A DNA stretch of 20,636 nt from positions 16,233-36,868 of the forward strand of contig NZ_JASHKR010000047.1 of the NCBI RefSeq assembly GCF_030056815.1, written 5' to 3'. Below are positions 1-8,500 of this stretch, piece by piece. Below the pieces are notes generated by a model. It was not told where the DNA came from. It saw nothing but the letters and a program-made list of their open reading frames with translations, and did no database searches. The stretch comes from Rhodococcus sp. IEGM 1379 (lineage in GTDB: Bacteria > Actinomycetota > Actinomycetes > Mycobacteriales > Mycobacteriaceae). The first letter of the stretch is position 1. Each line of letters starts with the position of its first letter. The position numbers were made by a program, and so were the translations under genes.

Positions 1-2
1 TC

Positions 3-944
3 ATGACCGTTCGCGTCGGATACTTCCCACACAACAATTCGCTGTTCGTTCTGCGCCACACCGGAATCCTCGAACGCCGTCTCCCCGACGTCGAGTGGGT
101 GGACCTGCGTGAGCTTCCCGCGAAGCCCGCAGTGAACCCGGAGAACGCCTTGCCGACCCTGCACTCGGACTGGTTGTTCGAGGAGGGTGGATACGACGTC
201 ATCGGAACCGGATTCACGCCACCCGTCACCGGACTGGCCCAGGGCCGCGATCTCGTCTACATCGGAATCTCCGGCCCCCGAGTAGAGAACGGGCGCCTGG
301 TGGTGAAGGCCGATTCCGAGATCAACTCGGTAGAGGACCTGCTCGGCAAGCGCGTCGGCATCGCTCACGGATCGTGGCAGACCACACTTCTATTGTTCGC
401 CTTGGATCAGGCGGGGCTGAGTTGGTCCGACATCGTCCCCGTCGACACCGACGTCCGCGGCGGTGGAGCGGACCTCGTTGCCGGCACCATCGACGCCTGG
501 GTGGGCGCATACCCGGGGCTGACGGACATCGAAGCGAACCACGAACTGCGCACGCTGATCGCCACCGACGGACTCTTCAGCCACCCGTCACTGTGGTTCA
601 CCCGACGCGACTTCGCGGATACCAACCCCGAGGCTCTCCAGGCGATCATCAAGGCCCTGCAAGAATCCGATGCCTGGATCGAAGCCAACCCCCGAGAAGC
701 CGCGCAGATCTTCGTCGACGACGTCGAGAAGCGTGGCGGGTCCGCGAGCCTCGACGCCTGGGAAGCGGCACTGCGCGGACGTCCGTTCGGTGTCAACGCC
801 GTCACCGAAGAGTTCCTCGACGAGCAGCAGCGTGCGGCCGATCTCCTGCTGACCAACGGACTATTGCCGCTGGCAGTCACCGTCCGCGGCGCAGTCGTAC
901 CGTGGATCAACGAATTCGCTGGTTCGGGTCGTTCATTAGTTTGA
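3..944 (+). CDS. NMT1/THI5-like (SsuA/TauA/NitT family) substrate-binding protein, probably 5'-truncated by the window edge
   Basis: 313-aa ORF in frame from base 3. Motifs (GSWQTTLLLFALDQAGLSW, periodic Gly/Asp) match the periplasmic-binding fold of sulfonate/nitrate/taurine ABC binding proteins. No signal peptide is visible and the ORF is open to the window start, so the true start likely lies upstream. Codon usage fits a GC-rich host. Confidence 0.6.
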   Translation: MTVRVGYFPHNNSLFVLRHTGILERRLPDVEWVDLRELPAKPAVNPENALPTLHSDWLFEEGGYDVIGTGFTPPVTGLAQGRDLVYIGISGPRVENGRLVVKADSEINSVEDLLGKRVGIAHGSWQTTLLLFALDQAGLSWSDIVPVDTDVRGGGADLVAGTIDAWVGAYPGLTDIEANHELRTLIATDGLFSHPSLWFTRRDFADTNPEALQAIIKALQESDAWIEANPREAAQIFVDDVEKRGGSASLDAWEAALRGRPFGVNAVTEEFLDEQQRAADLLLTNGLLPLAVTVRGAVVPWINEFAGSGRSLV

Positions 945-1308
945 CCCACTGAGTGCGAGATGGACCTGGGGCGAAGGGCTCGCCGAAGTATTGTGTTTCG
1001 CGGACTACTTTCCCACCCTCGAATTCCATGATGTTCACGACGTAGGACGGCTGCTCGTCGTATGTGAGTACGAGTTCGCTGATCCAGATATTTCCGCTGC
1101 CGAGGATGCGTTGCACGGTGAAGCGTTTCGCGTTCGGCTGGGCGACACGCGACGCCTGAATGTTGTCCCGGCCGCTGATGCGCTCGCCCGACTGTGGATA
1201 TTCGAGAACTGCATCAGCTCGGTAGATGTGGTGTTCCGCCGTGAAGTTGTTGGCGTCGGAGGCCGCCCAGTGGCGGAGTAGAGCGACTCGCAAGTTGTCG
1301 TCACGCAT
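907..1308 (-). CDS. NTF2-like / SnoaL-like small protein (ketosteroid-isomerase-like fold)
   Basis: 133-aa ORF convergent with the first gene, with a 38-bp 3' overlap. Size and the alternating hydrophobic pattern (RILGSGNIWISELVLTYD..., EFEGGKVVRETQYF) are typical of NTF2-superfamily proteins. The call is by resemblance only. Confidence 0.5.
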   Translation of the reverse strand: MRDDNLRVALLRHWAASDANNFTAEHHIYRADAVLEYPQSGERISGRDNIQASRVAQPNAKRFTVQRILGSGNIWISELVLTYDEQPSYVVNIMEFEGGKVVRETQYFGEPFAPGPSRTQWVKLMNDPNQRIR

Positions 1309-1329
1309 GGCGAATCTTCAGTCCCCTAG

Positions 1330-1359
1330 ATGCACCGACATTACGTCGTCGGTGCATCG
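1330..1359. promoter_or_regulatory. Perfect 11-bp inverted repeat GATGCACCGAC(n8)GTCGGTGCATC, a candidate operator or terminator hairpin
   Basis: Read directly from the sequence. It sits 22 bp upstream of the NTF2-like start codon and about 300 bp downstream of the flotillin stop on the same strand. Its role is ambiguous: operator for the NTF2-like gene, or intrinsic terminator for the flotillin operon (no U-tract, as is common in actinobacteria). Confidence 0.4.
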
Positions 1360-1652
1360 GTTGCCTCCGTCGAAGTCCGCACGGCAAGGATCAATTATCT
1401 TGACCGCTCTCCGATGACGCGACCACGTTGTCGCTGCTGTGGGTGCACCAGCGCGATAACGTCGGGTGGGGGCGTCGGGAGCCTTGGTCATCGGCTCTTC
1501 CGTGAATTCCATTGCGACGTAGTAGATGTCGAATGGAGGTTGTGTGCCGGACCTGCCGAGTGTTAGCTCCCGCGGATCGAGGGTCTCTGTGTTGTGTGCT
1601 CAATACGGATGACGTCGGACAACCCCGACTACTGATTGCCTCGGTCGGGGAT

Positions 1653-2849
1653 TCAACTGTCATGGGAGTGGTGGTCTCCCATGCGCGGCAGTTCATCCCC
1701 GCCAGCTGTGGGTCGTGTGTTGAGTTCGACGCGGTCGGTGGTCTTCTTAGGCGGCTCGTGTTGCCCGAGGCTGCCGCGGAGGGAGTCGTAGATCGCCACG
1801 CCCTGACCAACCAGGCCGGTGGCTATCTCGCCGAGCCCGTCAGCACCGTTGAGGACGGTCAGGTTCGCCCCCGACAATCCTTGGGCGGCCTGCTTGACGA
1901 TCTCGGGGAGCTGGTCGATCAACAGCCGATCGAGCGCGACCCGGTTGTGCGACGCTGCCGCTTCGGCTTGGATTTTCATCTTCTCCGCGTCGGCCAACGC
2001 CAGGATCCGCACTCGCTCGGCTTCTGCCTCGGCAGGCTTGACGACTTCCGAAACGAGCTCCTGTTGGCGGAGCTCAGCGGCTCGCTGTGCCAGCTCCGTT
2101 TGCATTGCGAGCACTTCCCGTTGTGCCTGCGCCTGCGCCAGCGGTCCTGCCTGCGCCGCTTCGGCCTGCGCCTTGTCGACTTCAGCCTTGTACTGGGCCT
2201 GCACGATTGCCGTCTGCCGGGCGTACTGAGCTTGGTTGCGTTGTGATTCCTGCTCGGCCTCCGCGGCTGCCTGGTTTGCCCTTGCCTGGGCGATCTGGGC
2301 TTGCTGTTGGATCGCGGCGTTGTGTGGAGCGGACATCGCGCGGATGTAGCCGAGGGAGCCGTCGTCGATGGACTGGATCTGTAGGGCGTCGACGGTCAGC
2401 CCGATTTTGACCATCTCTTCCTTTGATCCGTCGAGTACTTCTGTCGCCAGTTTCTGGCGTTCCTTGATGATCTGCTCCACGGTCATCGATCCGATGATCG
2501 AGCGCAGATGTCCGGCGAAGATTCGACCGGTGAGTACGGACATTTGGTCTTGGTCGGAGAGGAAGCGTTGACCTGCGCTGATGATGCTCTCGGTGTCATT
2601 GCCTACTTTGAAGGCAATGACCGCGCGCACGTTGAGGCTGATCCCTTGTTGGGTGACGCATGTTTCCTCCACTTCGGCCTCGCACATTGCCAGTGTGAGA
2701 AACCGGACTTTGCGCAGCAGCGGCATGATGTAGGCGCCGTGGCCGGTCACTACACGGAACGGTGCGTCCCCTTTGCTTCTGCCTCCGGAGATCAGCATCG
2801 CCTCATCCGGCGCAGGCACTCTGTAGCCGAACATGTTTTGGCTCCTCAC
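1653..2849 (-). CDS. SPFH/band-7 domain flotillin-like protein (YqiK/FloT family)
   Basis: 398 aa. The N-terminal SPFH core (VVTGHGAYIMPLLRKVRFLTL..., ISLNVRAVIAFKV, VKIGLTVDALQIQSIDD) is followed by an Ala/Gln/Glu-rich coiled-coil 'flotillin' region (AQIAQARANQAAAEAEQES...). The probable true start is the internal Met of MFGYRV. Confidence 0.85.
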   Translation of the reverse strand: MRSQNMFGYRVPAPDEAMLISGGRSKGDAPFRVVTGHGAYIMPLLRKVRFLTLAMCEAEVEETCVTQQGISLNVRAVIAFKVGNDTESIISAGQRFLSDQDQMSVLTGRIFAGHLRSIIGSMTVEQIIKERQKLATEVLDGSKEEMVKIGLTVDALQIQSIDDGSLGYIRAMSAPHNAAIQQQAQIAQARANQAAAEAEQESQRNQAQYARQTAIVQAQYKAEVDKAQAEAAQAGPLAQAQAQREVLAMQTELAQRAAELRQQELVSEVVKPAEAEAERVRILALADAEKMKIQAEAAASHNRVALDRLLIDQLPEIVKQAAQGLSGANLTVLNGADGLGEIATGLVGQGVAIYDSLRGSLGQHEPPKKTTDRVELNTRPTAGGDELPRMGDHHSHDS

Positions 2850-2855
2850 ATTGTG

Positions 2856-3125
2856 TTATCGCGGATCGATCGTCAGTCCTAGCCCGGGCCAGGGTTCGAC
2901 CTGGAGTGTCCGCGCGCCGCGGATGTCGATCACCAAGACTTCGGTGCCCTTCGGCAATGGATCGGCCGACCATGCCAGGTATGACTCTTTCGATCCGCGT
3001 ACCGCTACCATCACCTCGCCGGCTCCGGCTGATCCGCGGGTCGCCACAACCAGCGAACCGATACAGCCGATTACCGAAAAGTCACTCACCCCTTGAATGG
3101 TCCTCTGATTGAGCCCGTCGCGCAT
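2856..3125 (-). CDS. NfeD-like short membrane protein (OB-fold, YuaF-type partner of flotillin)
   Basis: 89 aa, with an N-terminal hydrophobic segment (FSVIGCIGSLVVA) and a C-terminal OB-fold-like beta region (EVMVAVRGSKESYLAWSADPLPKGTEVLVIDIRGARTLQV). Its stop lies 4 bp before the flotillin start, the conserved nfeD-floT pairing with translational coupling. Confidence 0.7.
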   Translation of the reverse strand: MRDGLNQRTIQGVSDFSVIGCIGSLVVATRGSAGAGEVMVAVRGSKESYLAWSADPLPKGTEVLVIDIRGARTLQVEPWPGLGLTIDPR

Positions 3126-3139
3126 TTGGCTTTACGGGT

Positions 3140-3588
3140 CTACCGCATTAGAGGTATTTCGGCCGGTTCCCTCAATAAGTTTCCGGCCAGGGTCGGTGTC
3201 TGTCTGATCTTGATCACCGACACCGTGCCGTCGACGTAGTTGGTGACGTAGGAGTAGATGTCGTCGGGAGTGATCGCCACCCCCGACGGACCCGTGCCGA
3301 CCGTGATGGTGGTGAGTGAGTGGGTTGGTGGGGGTGGGCGGTGTCGATCACCGACACCGTGTTGCTGCCGTAGTTGGTGATGTAGGTGCGGGTGCCGTCG
3401 GGGGTGATCGCCACCCCGGTCGGATACGTGCCGACCGTGATGGTGGTGAGTGGGTTGGTGGGGTGGGCGGTGTCGATCACCGACACCGTGTTGCCGCCGC
3501 GGTTGGTGATGTAGGCGTGGGTGCCATCGGGGGTGATCGCCACCCCGGTCGGATTCGTGCCGACCGGGATGGTGTCGATATCAGTCAC
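3140..3588 (-). pseudogene. YVTN-family beta-propeller repeat protein, frameshifted (three 40-aa blades)
   Basis: The intact ORF 3214..3588 encodes two blades (GVAITPDGTHAYITNRGGNTVSVIDTAHPTNPLTTITVGT...) and then runs into Pro/Ser/Thr/Arg-rich nonsense. Shifting frame after the second VIDTAHP yields a third blade with a canonical YVTN motif (GVAITPDDIYSYVTNYVDGTVSVIKI) and a stop at 3140..3142. The third DNA repeat carries a 4-bp GAGT duplication and one extra G in a G-run (3313..3340) compared with the second repeat, a net +5 bp. Confidence 0.6.
3214..3588. repeat. Three tandem ~120-bp direct repeats (about 90% identical) encoding YVTN propeller blades
   Basis: Seen directly: repeat units at roughly 3459..3588, 3340..3458 and 3214..3339 share the core GTGTCGATCACCGACACCGTG...GTGATCGCCACCCC...GTGCCGACCGTGATGGTGGTGAGTG. 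Confidence 0.85.
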
Positions 3589-3736
3589 AGGTGTATGTCT
3601 TTCAGTTGTATGCGCCCGGTACAGGGTGCACAGGTGGCCTCGACAACCGCCCGGCGCTCGCCCGTTCCTGACGACCGCAAAACCAGATCACGATGCAGTA
3701 CTCGTGCGGTCGCGTCGTTGCCGCACACGCTCGAGT

Positions 3737-5575
3737 TCAGGTGAGGTATTTGAACCCCGCGATGGCATGGCAAATGAGGCCGGCGCCCTGAGCGGCCGCC
3801 CGTACTCCCGTCACAGCCAACAGGGTGTCCGGGTTTTCGAGAAGGTCACCAGCGGGTGTCTGCGTGAACATCCAACCCACGAGCTTCGGCGCGCTGTACG
3901 AGATCGACCGCGCAAAGAGAAGATCTGCGGCGACCCTCAGGTCTGCGGAGGGGTTCTTGGCGGCCTGATACTCCGGGCTGTCCTTTAGTGCCCGTCCCTG
4001 ACGGACGATCACGACGACCGTTAACACCGCATTGCCCAATAGGACTACCAGTTCGGCGTAGTCGGCCATCCCGCTCTTCAAGGAGCTCGCAGGTTGGACC
4101 TCGGGCGCCTGCCCCCATGCCTCACGGACGTCTGGCGGGCCGTTTTCGTCGCCGCCGATCACCGGCAGTTCGATCGGCGCTTGCACCCCGCCGCTGGAAG
4201 TCGAGAAAGTTCCAGCGGCCCCAGAGACAAGGGTGAAGCCGTCGGCGATCACTCCGGAAGCAAGGCCCAGAATCATGCGCACCTTGGCGTCAGTGTCCTG
4301 GTCTGGGAGACCTGCATCCTCAAGTCGCCGCCGATAGGTAGAGAGGGTGTACTGGTAAGCCCAGGCAGCCGTGAATACACCGAACGCACCTCGGCAGATT
4401 TTGAGGACAGCACGCAGCTTCGACTTCTCGGTGCGTGAGAACGTGGCGTCCGTGCCCACTACTGCCAAGATGTGGAAGGACTTCATCACGGCGTAGACGA
4501 TTTCCATGCCGGTGGTGTCATCACCGGGCTGCGCCGCAAGCCGGAGCGGGCGCATGGCGGTGTCTTCAACGACGACGGCGGCGTCGAACTCGGTGCTAGT
4601 CGGCGATTGAAGCCATCCGTCGGCTGCACTGGAGAAGCGAGTACCGCGGGTCACGACGAAATACACGATGTGCAGGGGCAGACCGATCACCAGGCAGACC
4701 AGGTTCAACAATGTCAGGTCTTCCTTGAAGATCCACTTGTAGAGCTCACCGAGGAAGCCGATCTCCATGGGGGTGTCTACAGCCTGCAGGACCCCCTCGA
4801 AGCTCTGCGCGACACAGTCGATGGCTGCGAGCAACCAGTTCTCGGTGCCTATGACCAGGTCGTCCTCGAGCTTCTCCCACAGGTTCACCATGGCCACCAT
4901 CGCGTCGCTGAGGTGCATCTGCAAAAGATCGCCGGCAACGTCGACGAGACCCTCGGTGAAGTCCTCGAGGCCGGTGAGGACGCTTCCGGTAGCGACGCTT
5001 GCAGCGGCACTGTAGCCGGTGATCGTGCTGGCGTCACCGTGGTCTTGAAGTTTGTGGAAAGCGGTCTTGGCAACCACTCCGCCAGCTGTCGAGATCGCGG
5101 CGGGGGTGTGCTGGTTCGCAGCCTCGGCGACCGTGTCCGAGGCTGATCCGGTCAGGCCGCTGGCATCGATGCCGATGGCCTTGTCAAACGAAGCGAATGC
5201 CGAGCTCACAGTGGTTTTGACATCGTCGAGCAGTGTCTTCTCGGAGATGATGTCGCCGACACTGTGCAGCATCCGCTTGAAGAGGCGTTGGGCGCCGCGG
5301 ATGCCATTCCAGTCGAATAGTGCGCGTAGGAAAAGAATAAGCAGTTCTAAGGCCACCAGGAGCTGTTTGAAGAACGAGACGACGGCATCGATCGCCGCTT
5401 CAACTGAATGTACGACCGTGTGAACGATTTTCTCGACACCGTCGACGAGGGTGGTGATCGCGACCTGCACACTGTCGGCGATGGTCACGGCGACCGAGAC
5501 GACACCGTGGTAGATGTCATCGGCTACGTCTTCGATGCCGTGCCAGAGGTCGTCGTACCAGTGTCCGAGAAGGTG
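3737..5575 (-). other. C-terminal helical, membrane-inserting region of the giant protein (aa ~1605-2217) with about 6 predicted TM or amphipathic helices
   Basis: Hydrophobic 17-21-residue stretches are separated by amphipathic repeats (DVADDIYHGVVSVAVTIADSVQVAITTLVDGVEKIVHTVVHSVEAAIDAVV). Hydropathy was read by eye only. Confidence 0.55.
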
Positions 5576-8500
5576 GGGTGGCGGGGTTGGGGTGCCGCGT
5601 GCGGCAAGTACGTCCTCTTCGGTGGACAAAAGCCTGTAGCTGAAGCTCGACGGTGTGCCGTTGCACGTGATGACAAACCCCAGATGGGGTCCGAGTGCAG
5701 TCCGCAGTCCGTCGACGTCGACCGGCATGCGGCGGTTGATGCCGGTGAGGGTTCGTAGGACGGTCGCTTCGTCGATGCGTGCAGTTGCGAGAGGCTGCCG
5801 GGTGTCCATGAACGAGGGCGGTGCCGCGGACGCTCGCAGAGCGAACGCGGTGGGCGCGGTGGGGGTGGAGGCCGTTGGGGGTGGCTTGACCGCGCACATT
5901 ACCTTGCGGACTGCGTCGGCTGCGGCGTCGGCGTGTGTGAGGTAGTCGTCGCTCAGCATGGTTTGGTTGTCGGCCGCGGTTGCCCCGTCATGCCAGTTGA
6001 CGAGTGTCGGAGTGGTCATCAGTGGTGACTGAAGGTTCGCCAGCTGCGTTTGAGCGTCATCGTCGGGGCGAATGAGGATGCGGTCGTTGCGTGCCATGAA
6101 CCCGGCGCGTGCATAGAGCGTGGTCGTCTTGAGATCGGTCGCTGCGATGTCGATGACAACCTCGCCGTGCGCGCTCGTGGGCGACGTGTACGTGTTTTGT
6201 GCGTTGACCGCGTAGGCCTGACCGGCGATCTCGAGGTCGACATCTGACGCTGCCCACAGCGTCACCGGCACGCCGGCCATGGGGGTGTGGTCGGCTGTGG
6301 TGGCCAGCAGCACCACGCGGTGTGTCGTGCGGTCGCGAGTCTGGTCGATCTTGCTGCCGGTTGTGTAGTGGTAGTCCTGGATGAGCTTGGTCTGCGCGGT
6401 GAGCGTCGGAGGCGTCGGTTTGGAGAGCAACTGGTTTTCGACCAGGCAGTTGATGTGAAATCGTTCGTTGGCTGGCATGAACGGTGCGCGGCAGTCCAGA
6501 GATGGCCCGTGTGCACCCTGCGAGACAACCTTGAGTGTGAGGCTGCCATCGGGTCCGCTGGTCAGTGTCAGCGGAGGATCCCCCGCTGTGGACGTCACGC
6601 CGGTCACGGACTGTGTCTGACCGGTGATGCCGTGTGAAACGGTGATCGTGGGCGGTTCGGAGGGGTCGTGGATTACATACCAGAGTTCAATTGGTTGGGA
6701 CGGCAGGATGGATCCATCAGCTGCCAGGACACTGATGCGCAGGTCGTACGTGATGCCGTCCGGTCCGTCGTCGGCGGAGATCTTGGCGGCGGTGCGAATC
6801 TCGGGATAGCTGGGGAGAGTGAACGGAAGATCGACGAGCCACCACGTGGGATGGGCATTCTGGTATGTGGGGTCGGTGTTCGTGTCAACGAGTACGCCGT
6901 CGTGGCCTTGTCTGGCCCCGTCGTGCACGGCACCGTGGTCGAAGTTCCAGAACGCGATGAGGTCAGGCTCGTCGCCGCGGAGCTTGACGTGCATTCTGGT
7001 GGAGATTTCTGTGGCAGTCAGGTATGTATCCCATACGCGAACTTCTGCCAGCATCCCGGACCATGGCATCGCAGCGGTCAGGTCGGGGCCCGCAACAGCG
7101 CCGAGATAGGCCTTGATCCCGGGGACGGTTGTCTGCGGAGTGTCGGTCGTCGGCACAACGGTGACAGCGGCGAGCGGCAGTCCGTCAAAGTACATCGCGA
7201 CGCGGTCGTCCTTGGTGCGGGAGACGGCGATGTGGTGCCAGCGCCCGTCACACGCGTCGGTGGGAGCCGTGGCGTGGATTCCGCTCCAACCACTCACATC
7301 GAGCTGACGTGCTACGTAGTGCATCGAGCCGTCCGGGTCAATCCAGAGGGCTACGTCGAATGCATCGCTCGCCGTGGTCGGGCAGATGCCGAGTATGCCT
7401 CCGGCTGCGGCTCCAGAGGATTGCGGTGGCACATTGATCCAGGCCTCTACACAGCTTTCGTGGGGATTCATCAGGTGCAGCGCCCCGGTGGCGAGATCTA
7501 CGTCGACGACAGCATGCGCGGTGCGGTCGGGCTGCGGGGTGCCGATGGGGTCCACGCCGAGTCGCAACGCGAGCGTTTGTCCGAGCACGAGGCTGTGGAG
7601 GGCGCCGTCGCAGTCGGCGTTCGGGTCTGTGGGCTCTGCGCAGCCGTAGAAAGCAGTGCCCGTGTCGATTATTGCGGCAGTGTTCACCGACTGGGGCTCA
7701 TGGTAGAGGCCGAGGAGGGTTCCGTGGTCAGGACTCAGGACAGCGACAGTTCCATCGGCGGTCGTGCACACGATCCTCCCGGCGTCGTCGAACACTGGAG
7801 CCCCAACCGCGGCTCCGCCTGGCAGGGTCGAGGTCCACCGTGTGGTGAGATTTACGAGTGAGGAGCCGGTCACGGTCCCATCGGCGTGCGTGGCGACGAT
7901 GAGGTCGGAATCTGGCCAGGCTGCCAGGCCAGTCGGCGAGTTGGCCGCCGGTCCCGCGGCCAGTTTGGTACTGCCGTCAACGGTATAGCGCGCGAACTGG
8001 CCGCTACCGGCGCACACGAGCCAGGACCCCGCGAAGCAAAAGGTGGTGCCGGGGAGGCGTTTGATCGGTGCGTCGGTAGGCCCGGCCGCCGGAATTACGG
8101 AGACGCCATCTGGTGCGGCGACGACCGCCATCCCGTCACTTAAACCGAGCGCGGTGGGGGCGTGCGTTGCCGTTTGGATGAACCGCGTGGCAGCGGGTTT
8201 ACGCCGGTCCGCAATCGCGAGAAGGCCGGCTGGCTCGATTGCCGCGATCCAGAGCTCGTCGGACGCGGGCGGGCAGAGTGGTCCGCTGTTCACCTGGAAG
8301 TCGGCGAAGGAAGTCAGCTGAGTTGTGCCGCCGGTGGCGGCGTCGATCGCGATTATCGACTCTTCGACGGTCAGCGCCAGGAAGCGGTTGCCGTCAGTGA
8401 CGGGCGCAGATGCGCCACGACCTGCATCGACTGACCACAACCGCTTCCCGTCGTCCTTTCCGACCCCGTACAAGGCGTTGTTGGTCATGAAGGCCACGGT

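Noticed and set aside
374-952. Several overlapping ORFs (374..952 +, 407..949 -, 322..510 -) inside the substrate-binding protein gene
   Set aside because: Arg/Pro/Ser-rich compositions typical of off-frame translation in GC-rich DNA; fully nested in a gene with convincing protein-like sequence.
1318-1566. Small ORFs 1318..1512 (-) and 1330..1566 (+) in the intergenic region between the NTF2-like and flotillin genes
   Set aside because: No recognisable motifs and Cys/Arg-rich composition. They overlap the palindromic hairpin and are more likely non-coding regulatory or terminator sequence.
1512-2246. 244-aa ORF antisense to the flotillin gene
   Set aside because: Antisense to a well-supported SPFH gene; low-complexity Leu/Arg/Cys-rich translation.
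3214-3588. Considered whether the 120-bp tandem repeats are a CRISPR array or another non-coding satellite
   Set aside because: The units are contiguous with no spacers, and they translate into canonical YVTN propeller blades; they are coding repeats.
6668-7861. 397-aa plus-strand ORF inside the giant gene, and many 60-240-aa ORFs on both strands across 3737..12175
   Set aside because: All are nested within or antisense to the two large, continuous, codon-biased minus-strand ORFs; Gly/Arg/Val-rich off-frame compositions.
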